Shown: positions 37,399-46,568 of the stretch, piece by piece | How positions within the stretch are numbered: the stretch's first letter is position 1 | Layout of the letters: each line of letters opens with the position of its first letter | Assembly (NCBI GenBank): GCA_965223795.1 | Contig: CBDCXL010000002.1 | Coordinates: 2,496,001 to 2,560,000 of the forward strand | Length of the DNA stretch: 64,000 bases | DNA from: Nitrospinales bacterium | GTDB taxonomy: Bacteria; Nitrospinota; Nitrospinia; Nitrospinales; VA-1 | Direction of reading: 5' to 3' | Notes under the pieces: generated by a model | Databases searched by the model: none | What the model saw: only the letters and a program-made list of their open reading frames with translations | What the model was told of the DNA's origin: nothing | Program-made: the position numbers and the translations under genes

Positions 37399-38403
37399 AT
37401 GAAGCGAAAGAAAAATAAGACTAAAAAGAGAGAGTTAAACGAAGATTATGGTTCAAATTTTATATTTGGAAATAATCAAAGAGAAATTATTGTTCTCTTG
37501 ATAATTGTTTTTCTGATAATTCTGATTATTGCTTATTTGATGTACTTAGTAACAGAAAATATTTTTTACAGCATAGCGGCATTATTACTATTTACTACTT
37601 CTGCATATCGTTTTGTAAAAAAATCAACTATTAAAGATGGGGTCATCATTGTATGTACCGTTTTGGTCTTTGCATTACCATTTTTGGGTCAACATTTAGA
37701 GGAAAATAAGGATATTGAAAAACTTGAAGACAAACTAGAAGGAATAGAGAAAAAAATTGATCGCATTCTTTCGCCCCCTGAAATTAAAATTCAGGAAAGT
37801 CTTCCAGGTTTTTCTATTCATATGTATGCATCCTTTCGATCATCGAATGCAAAGCAACGAAAATTTATTTATGATCTTGGATCTCTTAAAAAGGAACGTC
37901 TTTCATTATATATAGACCCATTTGATAATTTTACTTTTCAACTTATTGATTCGTTGGACGAGCCGCACCTTTTGAAAGTCCCAATAGGATCAAAACAATT
38001 TCCACTAAATAAATACATTTATTTGTCTTGCGAAGTTGCGATTAGTGAAAATTCCACACAGCTTCAGATTATGGTCAATGGACAAGTAGTCAGGACTGAG
38101 AATCTTCCATTTAAAATTGATTGGGGAAAATGGAACTTTATAGGATCCGTGCTGGGAGCAAGCTTAAATAAAGAGTTTGGTGCTAGTTTTGATTTGAGTG
38201 AATTTATTACGTATGAAAAAACATTGACCTCTGAAAGTAAGCTGAGAATGTATGAATATTTTAAAAGGAAAAATAGAACTCAGGTTATCTCGTTTGAGGA
38301 AAATCAATGGATGTGGATTCCTGGTCCCAAAAAAAATCTTCAGCAAGATAATCCTAAATTCCAACCCACGTTAAAAGTAATTGAAAAAAATAAAAAAAGA
38401 TAA
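37399..38403 (+). CDS. Low-GC membrane protein: 3 TM, coiled coil, probable LamG/ConA-like beta-sandwich
   Basis: AT-rich 334-aa ORF; FSIHMY...RLSLYID...LQIMVNG...IG...LSEFITYEKTLT pattern. Confidence 0.7.
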   Translation: MKRKKNKTKKRELNEDYGSNFIFGNNQREIIVLLIIVFLIILIIAYLMYLVTENIFYSIAALLLFTTSAYRFVKKSTIKDGVIIVCTVLVFALPFLGQHLEENKDIEKLEDKLEGIEKKIDRILSPPEIKIQESLPGFSIHMYASFRSSNAKQRKFIYDLGSLKKERLSLYIDPFDNFTFQLIDSLDEPHLLKVPIGSKQFPLNKYIYLSCEVAISENSTQLQIMVNGQVVRTENLPFKIDWGKWNFIGSVLGASLNKEFGASFDLSEFITYEKTLTSESKLRMYEYFKRKNRTQVISFEENQWMWIPGPKKNLQQDNPKFQPTLKVIEKNKKR

Positions 38404-38537
38404 AACTTAAAATTGTAATTTTTATTTATCCCTTGAATCTTTTTATTTTCCTAAGCGTTTCTGAAAGTATCTTTAGTTTGTTGAGTTATTGCCATACTTG
38501 TGGAACAGTACGATCAAATATTCCATTGAATTAATGC

Positions 38538-39326
38538 ATGAAAGTCGAAGCCAGCGTTTCTTCAGATAAAAAAATTCCTGGCAACGTCCTTATATATGCG
38601 GACGCGGTGTTCCGTTTCGTTCTGTATGTGACGTGGGTGTGCGCGCTGTGGCTGACGGCGGGGTTTGCCTATGCGGCGATCGCCCTTCTGGAACAGGCGG
38701 ACGCGCCGATGCCGGGACTGGTTTTGCAGGGCGCGTGGTTCGAGGCGGCGCTGTCCGGCGTGCTGCTTCTGCATGTCTGGGGCTTTGTGCCGGCGGTCGT
38801 GCTGACCGTTTTCCTGTTTCGAAAATGGAAAACCAGAAAGCGGGACTGGGTGCACTTTGCGGTTTCGCTTTTGCTGCTCACGCTGTTTTCCATTCCGCAA
38901 GGATACTGGCAGCGGCCCTTCATTCATCTCAACGGGCTGCCCGAGGAACCTGCGCGTTTCTTCGTCCACACGGCGTCGATGGGCGATGCGGGCCTGCTTC
39001 GGCTTTTGCTGGACAAGGGACTCGATCCCAAGCCGGAGCTGTTGAACGCCGCGTTTTTCAATGCGGGCATGGAAGGGCAGGTGGCGGCGATGCGGTTTCT
39101 GCTTGAACAACGCGCGGACATCGATTATCAGCACGGCGGATTGCAGAGCACGGCGCTGATGTCGGCCGCCGCCCTGGGGCATGGGGATGCGGTGCGATTC
39201 CTGTTGGACAAGGGGGCCGATGCCAGCCTCAAGGACAGCCGCGGCCACACCGCGCTGGACAAGGCGAAGCAGTTCGGCAGGGAGGAGATGGCGGCGCTGC
39301 TTAAAGCACAAACACAAGGGCTTTAA
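38538..39326 (+). CDS. Membrane protein with C-terminal ankyrin repeats
   Basis: Three TM segments; TALMSAAALGHGDAVRFLLDKGAD, GHTALDKA. Confidence 0.88.
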   Translation: MKVEASVSSDKKIPGNVLIYADAVFRFVLYVTWVCALWLTAGFAYAAIALLEQADAPMPGLVLQGAWFEAALSGVLLLHVWGFVPAVVLTVFLFRKWKTRKRDWVHFAVSLLLLTLFSIPQGYWQRPFIHLNGLPEEPARFFVHTASMGDAGLLRLLLDKGLDPKPELLNAAFFNAGMEGQVAAMRFLLEQRADIDYQHGGLQSTALMSAAALGHGDAVRFLLDKGADASLKDSRGHTALDKAKQFGREEMAALLKAQTQGL

Positions 39327-39442
39327 CACGCGGTTTATCAACTCTTCTAAGCGATGCGGCCGGCCGGAAGCCCGCGAAACGCTTTACCGGGAAGGGTTTT
39401 CGTGGTTAGATGGGGGATCGTCCACATCATACAGGGTAGCCC

Positions 39443-39844
39443 ATGAACCGCTCGATCCGTTTTTTTATTTGCCTGTTCACGATCACCTGCCTGTTCACGA
39501 TCCCCTCTGTGTTCAGCGTGTCGGTGCCCTCCGCGTCCGCGTTCAGCTTTCAGGAATTCGGCGACAAGATTTCCAAGGAGACGCAGAAACTGCGCCGGGG
39601 GGTGGGGCTTGCGGATGAAGACGAAGAAAAGACGGTCTGCGAGGCGGGAAGTTACAAGAAAACCGAAGACTCGATGGCCTGCCTGCTTTGTCCCATCGGC
39701 ACCTACAGCGACGCCAAGGGCGCAACCCAGTGCACCGCCTGCCCGGACGGCACCACCACGGCGAAACTCGGCGCGGATTCGGCGAACGCCTGCTCCGCCC
39801 AGCCCACCGCCGAATCCACAAGCGAAGCGGCCGCGAAAGATTGA
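39443..39844 (+). CDS. Secreted Cys-rich protein with ephrin-receptor-like (GCC2/GCC3) repeat
   Basis: Signal-like N-terminus; CEAGSY...CLLCPIGTYSDAKGATQCTACPDGTTT...GADSANAC. Confidence 0.75.
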   Translation: MNRSIRFFICLFTITCLFTIPSVFSVSVPSASAFSFQEFGDKISKETQKLRRGVGLADEDEEKTVCEAGSYKKTEDSMACLLCPIGTYSDAKGATQCTACPDGTTTAKLGADSANACSAQPTAESTSEAAAKD

Positions 39845-39893
39845 TCCGGTTTCCCGGCACTTCTTTTTTTATTTGACGGCTGCCGCAATTTTC

Positions 39894-40475
39894 ATGCGAC
39901 CCCTTTTCATTTTTCTGTTGTCCATTCTCGCATTGCCCGTGGATGTGTGCGCGGAATCGTTCGCCGAGCGGCTGGTTCAAGCGGCGAAGGAGCGCACGCG
40001 GCACGCGGTGACCTACGACGGTTCCTACCGCGCCATCGCCTATCCGATGGGGGACGTGCCGGACCACATCGGCGTGTGCACGGACGTGGTGGTGCGCGCC
40101 TACCGCAAGGTGGGCATCGACCTGCAGCAGCTCGTTCATGAAGACATGAAGGCGAACTTTTCCGCCTATCCCAAAAACTGGGGGCTCACGCGTCCCGACA
40201 CCAACATCGATCACCGGCGCGTGCCGAATCTGCAGAAATTTTTTGAGCGCAAGGGGAAGTCGCTGCCGGTCAGCCGGGAGGCGGGTGATTACAGAGCAGG
40301 TGATCTGGTGACCTGGATGCTGCCGGGCAACCTGCCGCACATCGGCATCGTGTCCGGCGACAAAGCGCCCGGTTCCGCGCGGCCGTTGATCCTGCACAAC
40401 ATCGGCCGCGGGCCGAAAGAGGAGGACGTTCTGTTCGCCTATCCCGTCACGGGCCATTACCGGTATGGGAAGTGA
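39894..40475 (+). CDS. DUF1287 (YijF-like) protein
   Basis: YDGSYRAIAYPMGDVP, GVCTDVVVRAYR, DTNIDHRRVPNL, LPHIGIVS, HNIG; ATG at 39894. Confidence 0.92.
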   Translation: MRPLFIFLLSILALPVDVCAESFAERLVQAAKERTRHAVTYDGSYRAIAYPMGDVPDHIGVCTDVVVRAYRKVGIDLQQLVHEDMKANFSAYPKNWGLTRPDTNIDHRRVPNLQKFFERKGKSLPVSREAGDYRAGDLVTWMLPGNLPHIGIVSGDKAPGSARPLILHNIGRGPKEEDVLFAYPVTGHYRYGK

Positions 40476-40479
40476 TGGA

Positions 40480-40761
40480 TCAGCCGCTGTTGTTCAGGGT
40501 TCTGCGGATGGTTTCGATGACTTTGGACTGGATGCGGGACCAGCGCGTGCCGGCGTCTTTGGTGACCTGGATCTCGTCGCCGAGGATCCACACGCCGACG
40601 ACGCCGGGGATCTCGAACAGGGCGCGGGCGATGGGGTGCCCCTGAGCGAGGCCGGGGTTGGCAAAGGACAGACCCGTTCCCGGGGGGATCAGGGGATTTT
40701 CCAGCTTGAATCCGACGAGGTGTTCGTTGCGGGTCGGGACCACTTGAATTTTTACGGTCAT
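40480..40761 (-). CDS. Nfu/NifU N-terminal scaffold-like domain protein
   Basis: PTRNEH...FKL, HPIARALFEIPGVVGVWILGDEIQVTK...W. Confidence 0.8.
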   Translation of the reverse strand: MTVKIQVVPTRNEHLVGFKLENPLIPPGTGLSFANPGLAQGHPIARALFEIPGVVGVWILGDEIQVTKDAGTRWSRIQSKVIETIRRTLNNSG

Positions 40762-40839
40762 GTTTCTTCTCGGGATGGTGTCGATGGTTTCTCTTGCAAT
40801 CGAATCAGAGGCTGCCGCACTGCGCGCCGCCGCTTTTCA

Positions 40840-41427
40840 TTATAACCTTTCCTGGTAACCGAACTCGGCGATGGCCTGGTTCAGCACGTTCTGCGTTGCC
40901 TCTGCCGCCTGCGGCATGTTCTGAAGCCGGAACAGGTTCACCGCTTTTTGCAGGTTCAGGATCACCAGCCGCTTGAACCGGGGGCCTTCGCGGTAGTTGT
41001 ACAACGCCCAGCCCAGGTTGCCGTGCGCTTCGGCGTCGTTCTGCCGCCGGTGCACGACGATGTTGAGCTCGCCGATCGCCTCCTGCCAGCGCTCCAGCAT
41101 GTTGTAGGCGTTGCCGAGGCTCAGCCGCGCGTCGAGATGGGTCGGCTCCAGCTCTAGGGTCTTTTCGAATGCCGCCGCGGCCTTGCCGTAGTCCTTGAGG
41201 TTCTTGTGTGCGATCCCCAGATTGTAATGGGCGGTCGGCGATTTGGGGTTCTGCTCGATGGACTTTTCGTACGCTGCCGCCGCTTCCTCGAACCGCTTCT
41301 GGGCGCTGAGCTCGTTGCCGCGCTCGAACCAGCCCTGGGCGTCCAGCGCCTGGGCGGAATCCGCGAGGACCCAGCCGGTCAAGAGAAATACCGAAAGCAA
41401 GCACCGCAACCGTCTCTTCATGGACAC
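40840..41427 (-). CDS. Secreted TPR protein
   Basis: Signal-like segment, AHYNLGIAH, ARLSLGNAY, AHGNLGWALY. Confidence 0.88.
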   Translation of the reverse strand: MSMKRRLRCLLSVFLLTGWVLADSAQALDAQGWFERGNELSAQKRFEEAAAAYEKSIEQNPKSPTAHYNLGIAHKNLKDYGKAAAAFEKTLELEPTHLDARLSLGNAYNMLERWQEAIGELNIVVHRRQNDAEAHGNLGWALYNYREGPRFKRLVILNLQKAVNLFRLQNMPQAAEATQNVLNQAIAEFGYQERL

Positions 41428-41654
41428 GCCCTCCCGACAAGCCAGCGTCCCGGCTTCAAGACAACCCGTTCGATTTCAGGACCGGAAACGGCAGATTTTA
41501 CCTCATTTGCCCAAACTCTGACAAGCCCCACCTCCCCAGGTGGGGGAATGGGTCCGGCGGGGCAGGTCTGTCGGGCTCGTATCGGCACACGGCCTTTGTC
41601 ATTCATCCATTTTGCACTTCCACGGTGCGCCTTGGCACGCAAAAAACACGGATA

Positions 41655-42452
41655 TCAGCGCTTTTTTTCCGGCAGGCCGCGCCCGGTCACCCAGTAGCGG
41701 CCGGCGTTTTTCTGCAGGCGGATGGGGCAGTCCAGCGCTTCTGAGAGCGTCTTTTCGGTGAGCAGGGCGGCCTTTGCCCCCTGCGCGAACAGGGCGCCCT
41801 GCTTGAGATAGAGCAGGTGCGTGACGCAGGGCATGATCTCATCGACGTGGTGGGTGACGTACAGGATGCGGGTTCGCGTGCCCGATAGCTTTTCCAGCGT
41901 GTCGAGGAACAGCTCGCGCGTCGGGATGTCCAGCCCGTTGCACGGCTCATCGAGGATCAAGAGCCGCGGCTCGTTGATGAGCGCCCGCGCCAGCAGGACG
42001 CGCCGCTTCTCCCCGTAGGACAGGCGGCGAAACACATTTCGCGCCAGGGCGCTGATGCCGAGAAAATCCATCCATTCGAGCGCCCGGGCTTTCTGCTGGC
42101 GGGAGACGGGTTCGTAGAGGCCGACCGAGGAAAACAATCCGGAGGCCACCACCTCCCAGCCGGTGAGGTGGTCGGCGTGTTTTTCCTGGTACTCGGCGGA
42201 GATGTAGCCCATCTCAGCGCGGATTTCCTCGAGCGGGGTCAGCGCGGGCCGGCCGAACCAGCGCACGCCGCCGCCGTAGACGGGCAATAGCTCTCCGAAC
42301 ACGAGCCGGGTGAAGGTGGTCTTGCCGGAACCGTTGTTGCCCACGAGCGCCCAGTTTTCGTTTTCGCGCTGGGTCCAGTCGATGCCGGTCAGGGCGCGGT
42401 GGCCGTTGACGTGCACGGTGGCTCTGCGGATTTCAACCAGCGGTGCGTCCAT
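41655..42452 (-). CDS. ABC transporter ATP-binding protein (ModF/YlmA-like)
   Basis: GNNGSGKTT, LSYGEKRR, LLILDEPCNGLD, YVTHH. Confidence 0.92.
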   Translation of the reverse strand: MDAPLVEIRRATVHVNGHRALTGIDWTQRENENWALVGNNGSGKTTFTRLVFGELLPVYGGGVRWFGRPALTPLEEIRAEMGYISAEYQEKHADHLTGWEVVASGLFSSVGLYEPVSRQQKARALEWMDFLGISALARNVFRRLSYGEKRRVLLARALINEPRLLILDEPCNGLDIPTRELFLDTLEKLSGTRTRILYVTHHVDEIMPCVTHLLYLKQGALFAQGAKAALLTEKTLSEALDCPIRLQKNAGRYWVTGRGLPEKKR

Positions 42453-42459
42453 GATCCGG

Positions 42460-43113
42460 TCACTGGATGGCGATTTTCCTGGCGGCGGGGGCGGGCAGGG
42501 CGCCGGCGTTGCCCGCGATCAGTTCGGCCACAGGTATGCCGTCGTAGTACTGGATGATGTTGAGGGTGCCGTATTCCTGCTGGATGCGGAACAGGTTCTT
42601 GACGGGAATGCCGAGGATGTACGCCAGGATGACGCGGTTGACGCCGCCGTGGGCGACGATGACGATCTGGCCGTCTTTGTGGCGGGCGACGATGTCTTCG
42701 TATCTGGGGATCACCCGTTCACTGAGCTGGAAGAAATTTTCTCCGCCTTCGACGGAAAACGCGGCGATGTTTTTCAGCCGTTCCGCCAGTTGACCGGGAT
42801 ACTTTTCGTTGACTTCCTCGACGCTCATGCCTTCCCAGGCGCCGAAGCACAGCTCGCGGAGTTCGGGGTACGCGGCCGGTGTGAGGCCGTGGGGTTTGGC
42901 GATCAGCTCCGCGCCGATGCGGGTGCGCTTGAGATCGCTGGAATAGACGGAATGGATGGGCAGCGCGCGAAACCGCTCCGCCAGCCGCTCGAACTGGGCG
43001 CGGCCCTCCGGTGAGAGATCGACATCGTGGTGGCCGTTGAAGCACACCTTGCCGGCGTTGTCGGTCTCGCCGTGGCGGAACAGGTAGATCCTCAGGCCGG
43101 GTTTGCCTTGCAT
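42460..43113 (-). CDS. Histidine phosphatase (CobC/phosphoglycerate mutase family)
   Basis: LFRHGET, YSSDLKR, LRELCFGAWEG, VAHGGVNR. Confidence 0.9.
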   Translation of the reverse strand: MQGKPGLRIYLFRHGETDNAGKVCFNGHHDVDLSPEGRAQFERLAERFRALPIHSVYSSDLKRTRIGAELIAKPHGLTPAAYPELRELCFGAWEGMSVEEVNEKYPGQLAERLKNIAAFSVEGGENFFQLSERVIPRYEDIVARHKDGQIVIVAHGGVNRVILAYILGIPVKNLFRIQQEYGTLNIIQYYDGIPVAELIAGNAGALPAPAARKIAIQ

Positions 43114-43157
43114 GGGAGTTGTGTTGTCAAAGTGCGGGTTGTGGGCGTGGAGAACCC

Positions 43158-43192
43158 AAAAAAAATGACAGGCCCCGGAAAGGGCCTGTCAT
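43158..43192 (-). terminator. Rho-independent terminator
   Basis: Stem ATGACAGGCCC/GGGCCTGTCAT followed by a T run on the minus strand. Confidence 0.85.
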
Positions 43193-43216
43193 CTTGGAAT
43201 CGCATTTTAAAACCGC

Positions 43217-43396
43217 TCAGTGACCGCCTCCGCCGCCGCCACTGGTCCAGAGATAGAAGAAATCCAATCCCTGTACTTTCATCAGGCCGATGTTGATCAG
43301 CAGGTAGTAGAAAGAGCAGGCGATCATCGCGATGATGAACCAGATGATCGATTTTGCTGTGATAAAAGGTTTCTGGTCGTCTCTAATTTCGTTCAT
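43217..43396 (-). CDS. Membrane microprotein (59 aa), not in ORF track
   Basis: MNEIRDDQKPFITAKSIIWFIIAMIACSFYYLLINIGLMKVQGLDFFYLWTSGGGGGGH; AGGAG RBS; terminator downstream. Confidence 0.75.
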   Translation of the reverse strand: MNEIRDDQKPFITAKSIIWFIIAMIACSFYYLLINIGLMKVQGLDFFYLWTSGGGGGGH

Positions 43397-43449
43397 GGTC
43401 CTAGCTTTCTCCTGTCGGGTTTATCTTGAATGGGTTCAGGCACCGCCGA

Positions 43450-43554
43450 TCAACGCCACACAGACGCGAACCAGTAGAAAAACCACAATGAGAAGATGAC
43501 GGTTGCGATGTAAATCCAGGGGCCTGCTTTTTCCTTAAGCTTTTGAATGTCCAT
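43450..43554 (-). CDS. Membrane microprotein (34 aa), not in ORF track
   Basis: MDIQKLKEKAGPWIYIATVIFSLWFFYWFASVWR; GGAGG RBS. Confidence 0.7.
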   Translation of the reverse strand: MDIQKLKEKAGPWIYIATVIFSLWFFYWFASVWR

Positions 43555-43663
43555 TAAAGTAACGCCTCCGAAAATATAAGCGATTCCAGTTTATTCTTGA
43601 CAGTTTCAAATTCCGAATGATACTTTCAACCGGTTAAAACTGTTAACCACACAAGAGGTTGGA

Positions 43664-43771
43664 ATGGCCAGCAAGGACGGAAAAATCTTCGATACCATCG
43701 TTTACATTGGCCTCGGGGTCAATGGTTTGACCGCGTTGTATCTGCTGCTCATGTATTTTGATATTATCTAA
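43664..43771 (+). CDS. Membrane microprotein (35 aa), not in ORF track
   Basis: MASKDGKIFDTIVYIGLGVNGLTALYLLLMYFDII; AGAGG RBS; TTGACA-16-GATACT at 43597-43624. Confidence 0.65.
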   Translation: MASKDGKIFDTIVYIGLGVNGLTALYLLLMYFDII

Positions 43772-43885
43772 ACCCCCGAAACTTAACACAGGGGTTTTAA
43801 AAGTGTCAAGAGGAAAACCCCCCTTGTTTTTAGAAATATAAGCCCTCCGAACAACCTTGATGAAAGCCGGTCCGGTGTGCCCGGT

Positions 43886-44593
43886 TCACTTCGGGTAGAT
43901 CACGTAGAGCATCAGGTACGTCGCCGTGCTGGTCACCAGCAGCAGGGCGAAAATGACCATGGTGCCCCGCCCCAGGATGCGGTGCCTTCGGGCACCGTCC
44001 GGCAGCCATTTCTCGATTCCCTTTTCCAGAGACACCACGCCTGCGATGGTGAGAAATATCAGCGCGTACGCGATGCTGGAAGCCATGGAGATGTTGCGCA
44101 CCACGCTCTGCAGTATCTGGTTGAGGAGCCACAGCCCGGCGATCACCAGCATCACCTTTTTAAAGGTCTCCGGCCGCATTTTGAGGTTTCCGGCTTTCAG
44201 GTGGTACTCCCCGTCGACCGTGGCGCTGGCGCGGTAGCCCTGCACCATCATGTACACGGCCATGATGAGGCCCAGCACCACCAGAACGAGGTGGGTCGTC
44301 AATATCGGAATGAAGACGTCCTGGTACACTTCCTCCGGCCCTCCGAAGCCTTCTTCGCCTTCCAGAGTCAGCACGCCTAAATTGCGCGCGTAGTAGTAGG
44401 CGACGAAGTAGATCACCATCGAGACCATCGAGACCCCGACCAGCTTGTGGTGCCTGGTGCCCTGGGCTTTTTTCGCCAGTCCCCAGGCGATGAGAAACAG
44501 CACGGTGAACACCACCGCCAGCAGGTAGCTGAGGTCCGCGCCCAGGGTGCCGGCGCTGGTGATGAATCCTGGTTTTTCGAGTATTTCTTTCAT
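43886..44593 (-). CDS. DUF420 family membrane protein
   Basis: GTRHHKL, FVAYYY, EGFGGP, ILTTHLVL, RHRILGR, TATYLMLYVIY. Confidence 0.85.
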   Translation of the reverse strand: MKEILEKPGFITSAGTLGADLSYLLAVVFTVLFLIAWGLAKKAQGTRHHKLVGVSMVSMVIYFVAYYYARNLGVLTLEGEEGFGGPEEVYQDVFIPILTTHLVLVVLGLIMAVYMMVQGYRASATVDGEYHLKAGNLKMRPETFKKVMLVIAGLWLLNQILQSVVRNISMASSIAYALIFLTIAGVVSLEKGIEKWLPDGARRHRILGRGTMVIFALLLVTSTATYLMLYVIYPK

Positions 44594-44657
44594 GATATGG
44601 ATTTACCGGTGGTCAGAGCGGCTGAGCCGGGGTGCGGCGTCACGGCCTCCAGCGCGT

Positions 44658-44837
44658 TCATCCTCCGGCCTTTTTCAAAATGAAGGTGCCCGCATAAAAC
44701 TCCACGATCCCCGCGATGGTGGCGTAGAGCAGCGGTTCCATGCCCATCTGGGTGAAGAACATGTACACCACGATGGTGAGCGTGGCGAGCCCCACCAGCT
44801 GCAGGGCGCGTCCCAGAAAATACATGATCTGCCGCAT
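44658..44837 (-). CDS. Two-TM microprotein (59 aa), not in ORF track
   Basis: MRQIMYFLGRALQLVGLATLTIVVYMFFTQMGMEPLLYATIAGIVEFYAGTFILKKAGG; starts 8 nt after the upstream stop; GC3-rich. Confidence 0.75.
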   Translation of the reverse strand: MRQIMYFLGRALQLVGLATLTIVVYMFFTQMGMEPLLYATIAGIVEFYAGTFILKKAGG

Positions 44838-44844
44838 GGAGGGA

Positions 44845-45429
44845 TCAGTTCCCCAGAATGGTCCGGACCTGTTTGTTGGCTTCGATCAGTTGATCGATGT
44901 TTTTCCGGCCGTACTCGTGAATTTTTTCGCGCACCATGGACAGCACGATCTTCCCCTGCGGCGTGAAGGCGCTGGGCGCGTTGGGGATGCTGTCCAGCTT
45001 GCCGCTCTGGGACAGCTCCTGGAACCTGCGGGTGACTTCTTCGTTGTCGAACAGATTGTCTAAAGAGTAGCGGTAGCCGAGCTTGACGTAGTCCCGTTCC
45101 TTTTCGGTTTCTTTTTTGGAGTCCCACACGATGTTTTCGATTTCGAAGGTGTCGGGCTTGTGCTCGCCCTGGCTGAGCAGCTTTTTGATCTCCTCGAAGT
45201 AGGTGTTCATCTGGCTGTCGTCCTGGATCTCATCTTCCGGAACCTTCGAGCTGATCTCGAACTCGATCTGGTTGTCCTTCAAGGAGGGGCGGCTGATCTC
45301 GTAGGTGATGTTGCCGTGGTTGAACCTGCGGCCCTTTTTGGGTTTGAACTTGCCCTGCATCTCCTTGAGCAGTTCGTTGAGGCCTTCGCCGGCAAACTGG
45401 CTGAATAGAAGTCCCTTTAGACTCGACAT
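44845..45429 (-). CDS. Soluble hypothetical protein (194 aa)
   Basis: GGAGG RBS; strong genome-typical codon usage. Confidence 0.85.
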   Translation of the reverse strand: MSSLKGLLFSQFAGEGLNELLKEMQGKFKPKKGRRFNHGNITYEISRPSLKDNQIEFEISSKVPEDEIQDDSQMNTYFEEIKKLLSQGEHKPDTFEIENIVWDSKKETEKERDYVKLGYRYSLDNLFDNEEVTRRFQELSQSGKLDSIPNAPSAFTPQGKIVLSMVREKIHEYGRKNIDQLIEANKQVRTILGN

Positions 45430-45686
45430 GAAATGTCCTCCAAAATTGCGAATGGCTGCGTTCCCCGGTGTCGGCCGGGAAGCGGAACTGGGAAAAGCTG
45501 TGAATAAAATAACATTCTCTGACCGGATAAAAAACGCCTATGTGCAGGCCGCCGGCAAAAAAACGCCGTCCGGCTTGCTGTCTGCGTGCCGGACGCAGCC
45601 GGGGCCGTTCCTTCGCCCGTTTGGGGACGAAGCAGGACACGGCCATGCGGTCTCCGGGATTCCGGCCGGGGGCGCTGTGGTGGCGG

Positions 45687-46526
45687 TCAGAAACCGGCCG
45701 TTTCGGGCGGATTCGAAGCGAGGGAAGGGGAGTTGAACGCGCCGCCGGTCTTCACGAACCGGGGCGAACCGTCCTGCTGATAGCTGAACCGCATCTTGAT
45801 GCAGCCGGTTTCCTTGTTGTCGCAGTAGAAACTCAAAAACTGCACTTTGGCGTATTTGTTGTCCGCGGTGCGCACGGCGTAGACGTTCTTTTTCGCCGTG
45901 AGCTTGTGGGTGAGGTAATTGTACTTGTACCATTTCAGCAGGACCGGGTTTTCCGTTTCGGTCTTGGTTGCGATGTCCGGGATGTAGGGCTCGGTGGGCA
46001 CTTCGGCGATCTCTTCGAATTTGCCGGACTTGAGATCGATGAGTCCCGCCTTGCCGATTTTGTTGGTGGCGCCGCCGTTGGAGATCACCTTGCCGCGGCG
46101 GAATGCCAGATCCCATTCCAGGGACGTCGGGTCGTGGATCTTGACCACCGAACCGCGCGAGAAATCGAAATAGGTCCAGTCCTTCTCGGACGACGCGTTG
46201 ACGGTCACGTACTGCGTGTCCAGCAGGTTCGCCGGTTTCTGGGCGATGGGCGGATTGTTCGGCTTGACGGCTTCGCCTTTCTGCGGCAGGTTCACGCTCG
46301 GCGAATTCCAGAAGTCCTCCATCTGGATCAGTTTCGCCGGCAGCCAGAAAATGCCGATCAGAAGCAGCGACAGGCAGAGATTGAGCAGAAACAGATTGCG
46401 CCACATTTTGCGCTTCTTGTCGATATTCTGCGGCGCCTGCTGCCCGGGAGAAGAGAACGGATGTTGGTTGGTGTCTATATTTTCATTCATGGCGATCGAG
46501 TTTGAGCGGTCGTCTGTGAGTTGCAT
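45687..46526 (-). CDS. HmuY-like heme-binding protein with N-terminal membrane anchor
   Basis: VNASSEKDWTYFDF, WDLAFRR, SNGG, WYKYNYLTHKL, VYAVRTADNKYAKVQFLSFY; start may be the ATG at 46490. Confidence 0.85.
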   Translation of the reverse strand: MQLTDDRSNSIAMNENIDTNQHPFSSPGQQAPQNIDKKRKMWRNLFLLNLCLSLLLIGIFWLPAKLIQMEDFWNSPSVNLPQKGEAVKPNNPPIAQKPANLLDTQYVTVNASSEKDWTYFDFSRGSVVKIHDPTSLEWDLAFRRGKVISNGGATNKIGKAGLIDLKSGKFEEIAEVPTEPYIPDIATKTETENPVLLKWYKYNYLTHKLTAKKNVYAVRTADNKYAKVQFLSFYCDNKETGCIKMRFSYQQDGSPRFVKTGGAFNSPSLASNPPETAGF

Positions 46527-46568
46527 TAGGTTTCAGGCCCCCTATTGTACCGCGTCCGGGGCCTGTGC

